Source of the DNA: Lytechinus pictus
Taxonomy: Eukaryota
Reading direction: 5' to 3'
Assembly (NCBI RefSeq): GCF_037042905.1
Contig: NC_087251.1
Coordinates: 20,956,001 to 21,020,000, forward strand
Length of the DNA: 64,000 bases
Below the pieces are notes generated by a model that ran no database searches, was not told the DNA's origin, and saw only the letters and a list, made by a program, of their open reading frames with translations. Shown piece by piece: positions 61,782-64,000 of the stretch. Each line of letters starts with the position of its first letter. Within the stretch, counting starts at the first letter, position 1. The position numbers and the translations under genes are program-made.

Positions 61782-64000
61782 TAGTCTGTGCAAAGGATTT
61801 TTTAATATCGCTCGTCTGGTCCGCAACTTATTCAACTAGACGTTTGAATCATCCCTCTTTTTTTACAAGACCACCTGTTGCCTTCACACATTAAACATAT
61901 CAATATCAAAACAAAATATTAACGTTCTGAATGTCAATTCATAGGACATGGTGATGAGAAAGGGTATTTTTTAAAGAGAGCAACATCTTCTTTTGTTTCA
62001 AGTGGTTATGCATATAGGCATGGTCATAATCTTTTGTGTGGCATTTGACAAAATTGAGTGTATGAAGGCTCCGGCGCCTCCAGGTTGCATATTGAAATCA
62101 TAGAAGGTTGACGATCATGTTACAAAATTTCTATCTTTGCGTAAGATATATTGGCTAATTTCATTCAAACGTACAATGATTACAAAAAAAATGTTAAAAT
62201 GTTTCAATGCCTAAGGAAAACCATTCTAATGGAATGGTTGGAATTGGTTCAATGCCTTAAGAATCGTTATTTAATATTGTTATCTTAGCATTAGTATTGC
62301 ATCGCGGCAAAACTGGCATCCAAGATCGGTGGTGATAAAAGCGCCCACAAATTGCACTGCTGGTCGTGCTGACGTTCCCTCAATACCAATCCAAAGTCAG
62401 AGATTATCTCAGTAGACATACGGTAGTTCAAACCCTTACTAAAGACACATTATATCCTGGACAAGCGGAGTATAACGTTAATGATAGCAACCTTTCCAAC
62501 AACACGAAAAATCAATTGGAAATCTATTGGCAAGTTTCAGCATTTAACAATTCAAACTCTCAGAAACGCTGCAAATTGATACTACGCGTGCAGTGGTGGA
62601 GGCAATTACGGACATAAACCTGCACTTAACTGTAATACTTCACATCACAAATATGAATTCGTTAAGCAATCATAATCTTTCATAAAATAATGTAGGAAAG
62701 TGTAACTTTCTTTTCTCTCACTCGTCACCCTCGCACATTTTCCTTTTAGACTGATAACCTGAGATACAATGATAGAATCATAAAGAATAAACATCCTTTG
62801 CGAAAGCGAAGACTCTTTAGCAATTAAATCAACAGAGAAAGGTATGAGGATAATTCATAAATAAATCAGCAGGTGGTTAAATTAAGTGATTATCGGTTCT
62901 ATAAGGATGCCTTTGATGGGTTGAAAGATGCTGTTGATGTTGAAAACAACCCTGGTATAAACGAAGCAACACTCAGATGCTCTTTATTAGTACCGACTCC
63001 GGAGCAGCCTCTAGACCAAGATATAAACAAACTTACACATCATTCATCGTCTGCTTTATTTCTATTTTCACTCAAATAGCCGATGTATAGTGACCGTCGA
63101 AAGGTCAGCGATATAATTAAAATCTGTAATCTGTAGCTGGATTTGTTGATAAAAGGAAAGGTGCGGATCCATGTGAATATAATTACGTTTTTGTTTATTA
63201 AGTTTTACGTATTTCAGTAAATACATGACATCTGTAGTTTTCTATGTAGAAAATAAATGTACATCATTCTTTCTTATCAAATTAATGTTTATTTCCCAAT
63301 AGTGAACCCCCTTCAAAATGGAGCTAATAAACAGTTATTGTTAATACAGTTAACACACACTGAGTTAAGATCTACCCTAGATGTATCCATACTACCGCCA
63401 TAATGTACACGTAGGTTATCTCATCATGATAATGAAGTCTTCTGCTTTTGGTCTACTCAATATCTACTCAAATTACAATGATTTCGAAGTTATTGACATT
63501 TTTATGATCTAGGGACGAATGAAGGTCTTGTTGATATAATTTAGTCGTCACAGATTTGTACGGAATTAAAATTTCATTTCAAATTTTGGTAGAAAGCAAG
63601 TGTTTGTCATAATACAATGTTCTGAAAATATTATGAAAATGTATGTATATATCAATAATGTCAAATAAATTACAGGCACTCATTATATCTTATATCTTTT
63701 ATTCTGGATTTCAATACCTTAGATATAAAAAATATATGTAAGCTAACATTAAAATTATCTACTAGCTCAAACACGCACTGTGAATTCATTTAAACTAAAA
63801 CGCAGACCCCACGTTGCCATGATCGTGTTTTCCATCTGAAAATAAAGAGGTCCCTAAGACGTCAAGATATGCAAGAGGCGATTGATTAAGTGGGCTGGTA
63901 GCCGATTAACGATATCCATTTGATGACCGATTTCTTCAGGGGATACCTCTCTTTCTTGTAACGCCATTTTAATATTATTAATTATCATCTTTGTTTCAAC

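Overview
Eukaryotic (metazoan, AT-rich, intron-containing) genomic DNA; gene structures and repeat types suggest an invertebrate deuterostome such as a sea urchin (inference, not provable here). Four genes are supported. (1) RPS6KC1-like PX-MIT-pseudokinase on the minus strand, 10 coding exons from 12554 down to 85, continuing off the left edge. (2) A divergently transcribed, intact 5-exon steroid 5-alpha-reductase (SRD5A1/2-like, 16264-22653, 269 aa). (3) A choline transporter-like SLC44A2/4/5 copy (29653-33264) with only one coding intron, an in-frame TAG at codon 24 and a +1 frameshift, so probably a young retro-pseudogene. (4) An intronless muscarinic-like aminergic GPCR (45897-47261, minus) with an altered ligand pocket. 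The rest is dense in non-autonomous DNA transposons with readable TIRs/TSDs (hAT-, P/hAT-, Harbinger-, Kolobok-, Sola-like and a TGT..ACA foldback element), a decayed L2/CR1-group LINE inside a tandem repeat, and a 130-N gap. The most unusual item is a ~170-bp SINE-like element in RPS6KC1 intron 1 whose head resembles the 7SL RNA Alu domain, joined to a Pol III B-box, a Deu-domain-like core and a CA tail. All family comparisons are from memory; no searches were run.
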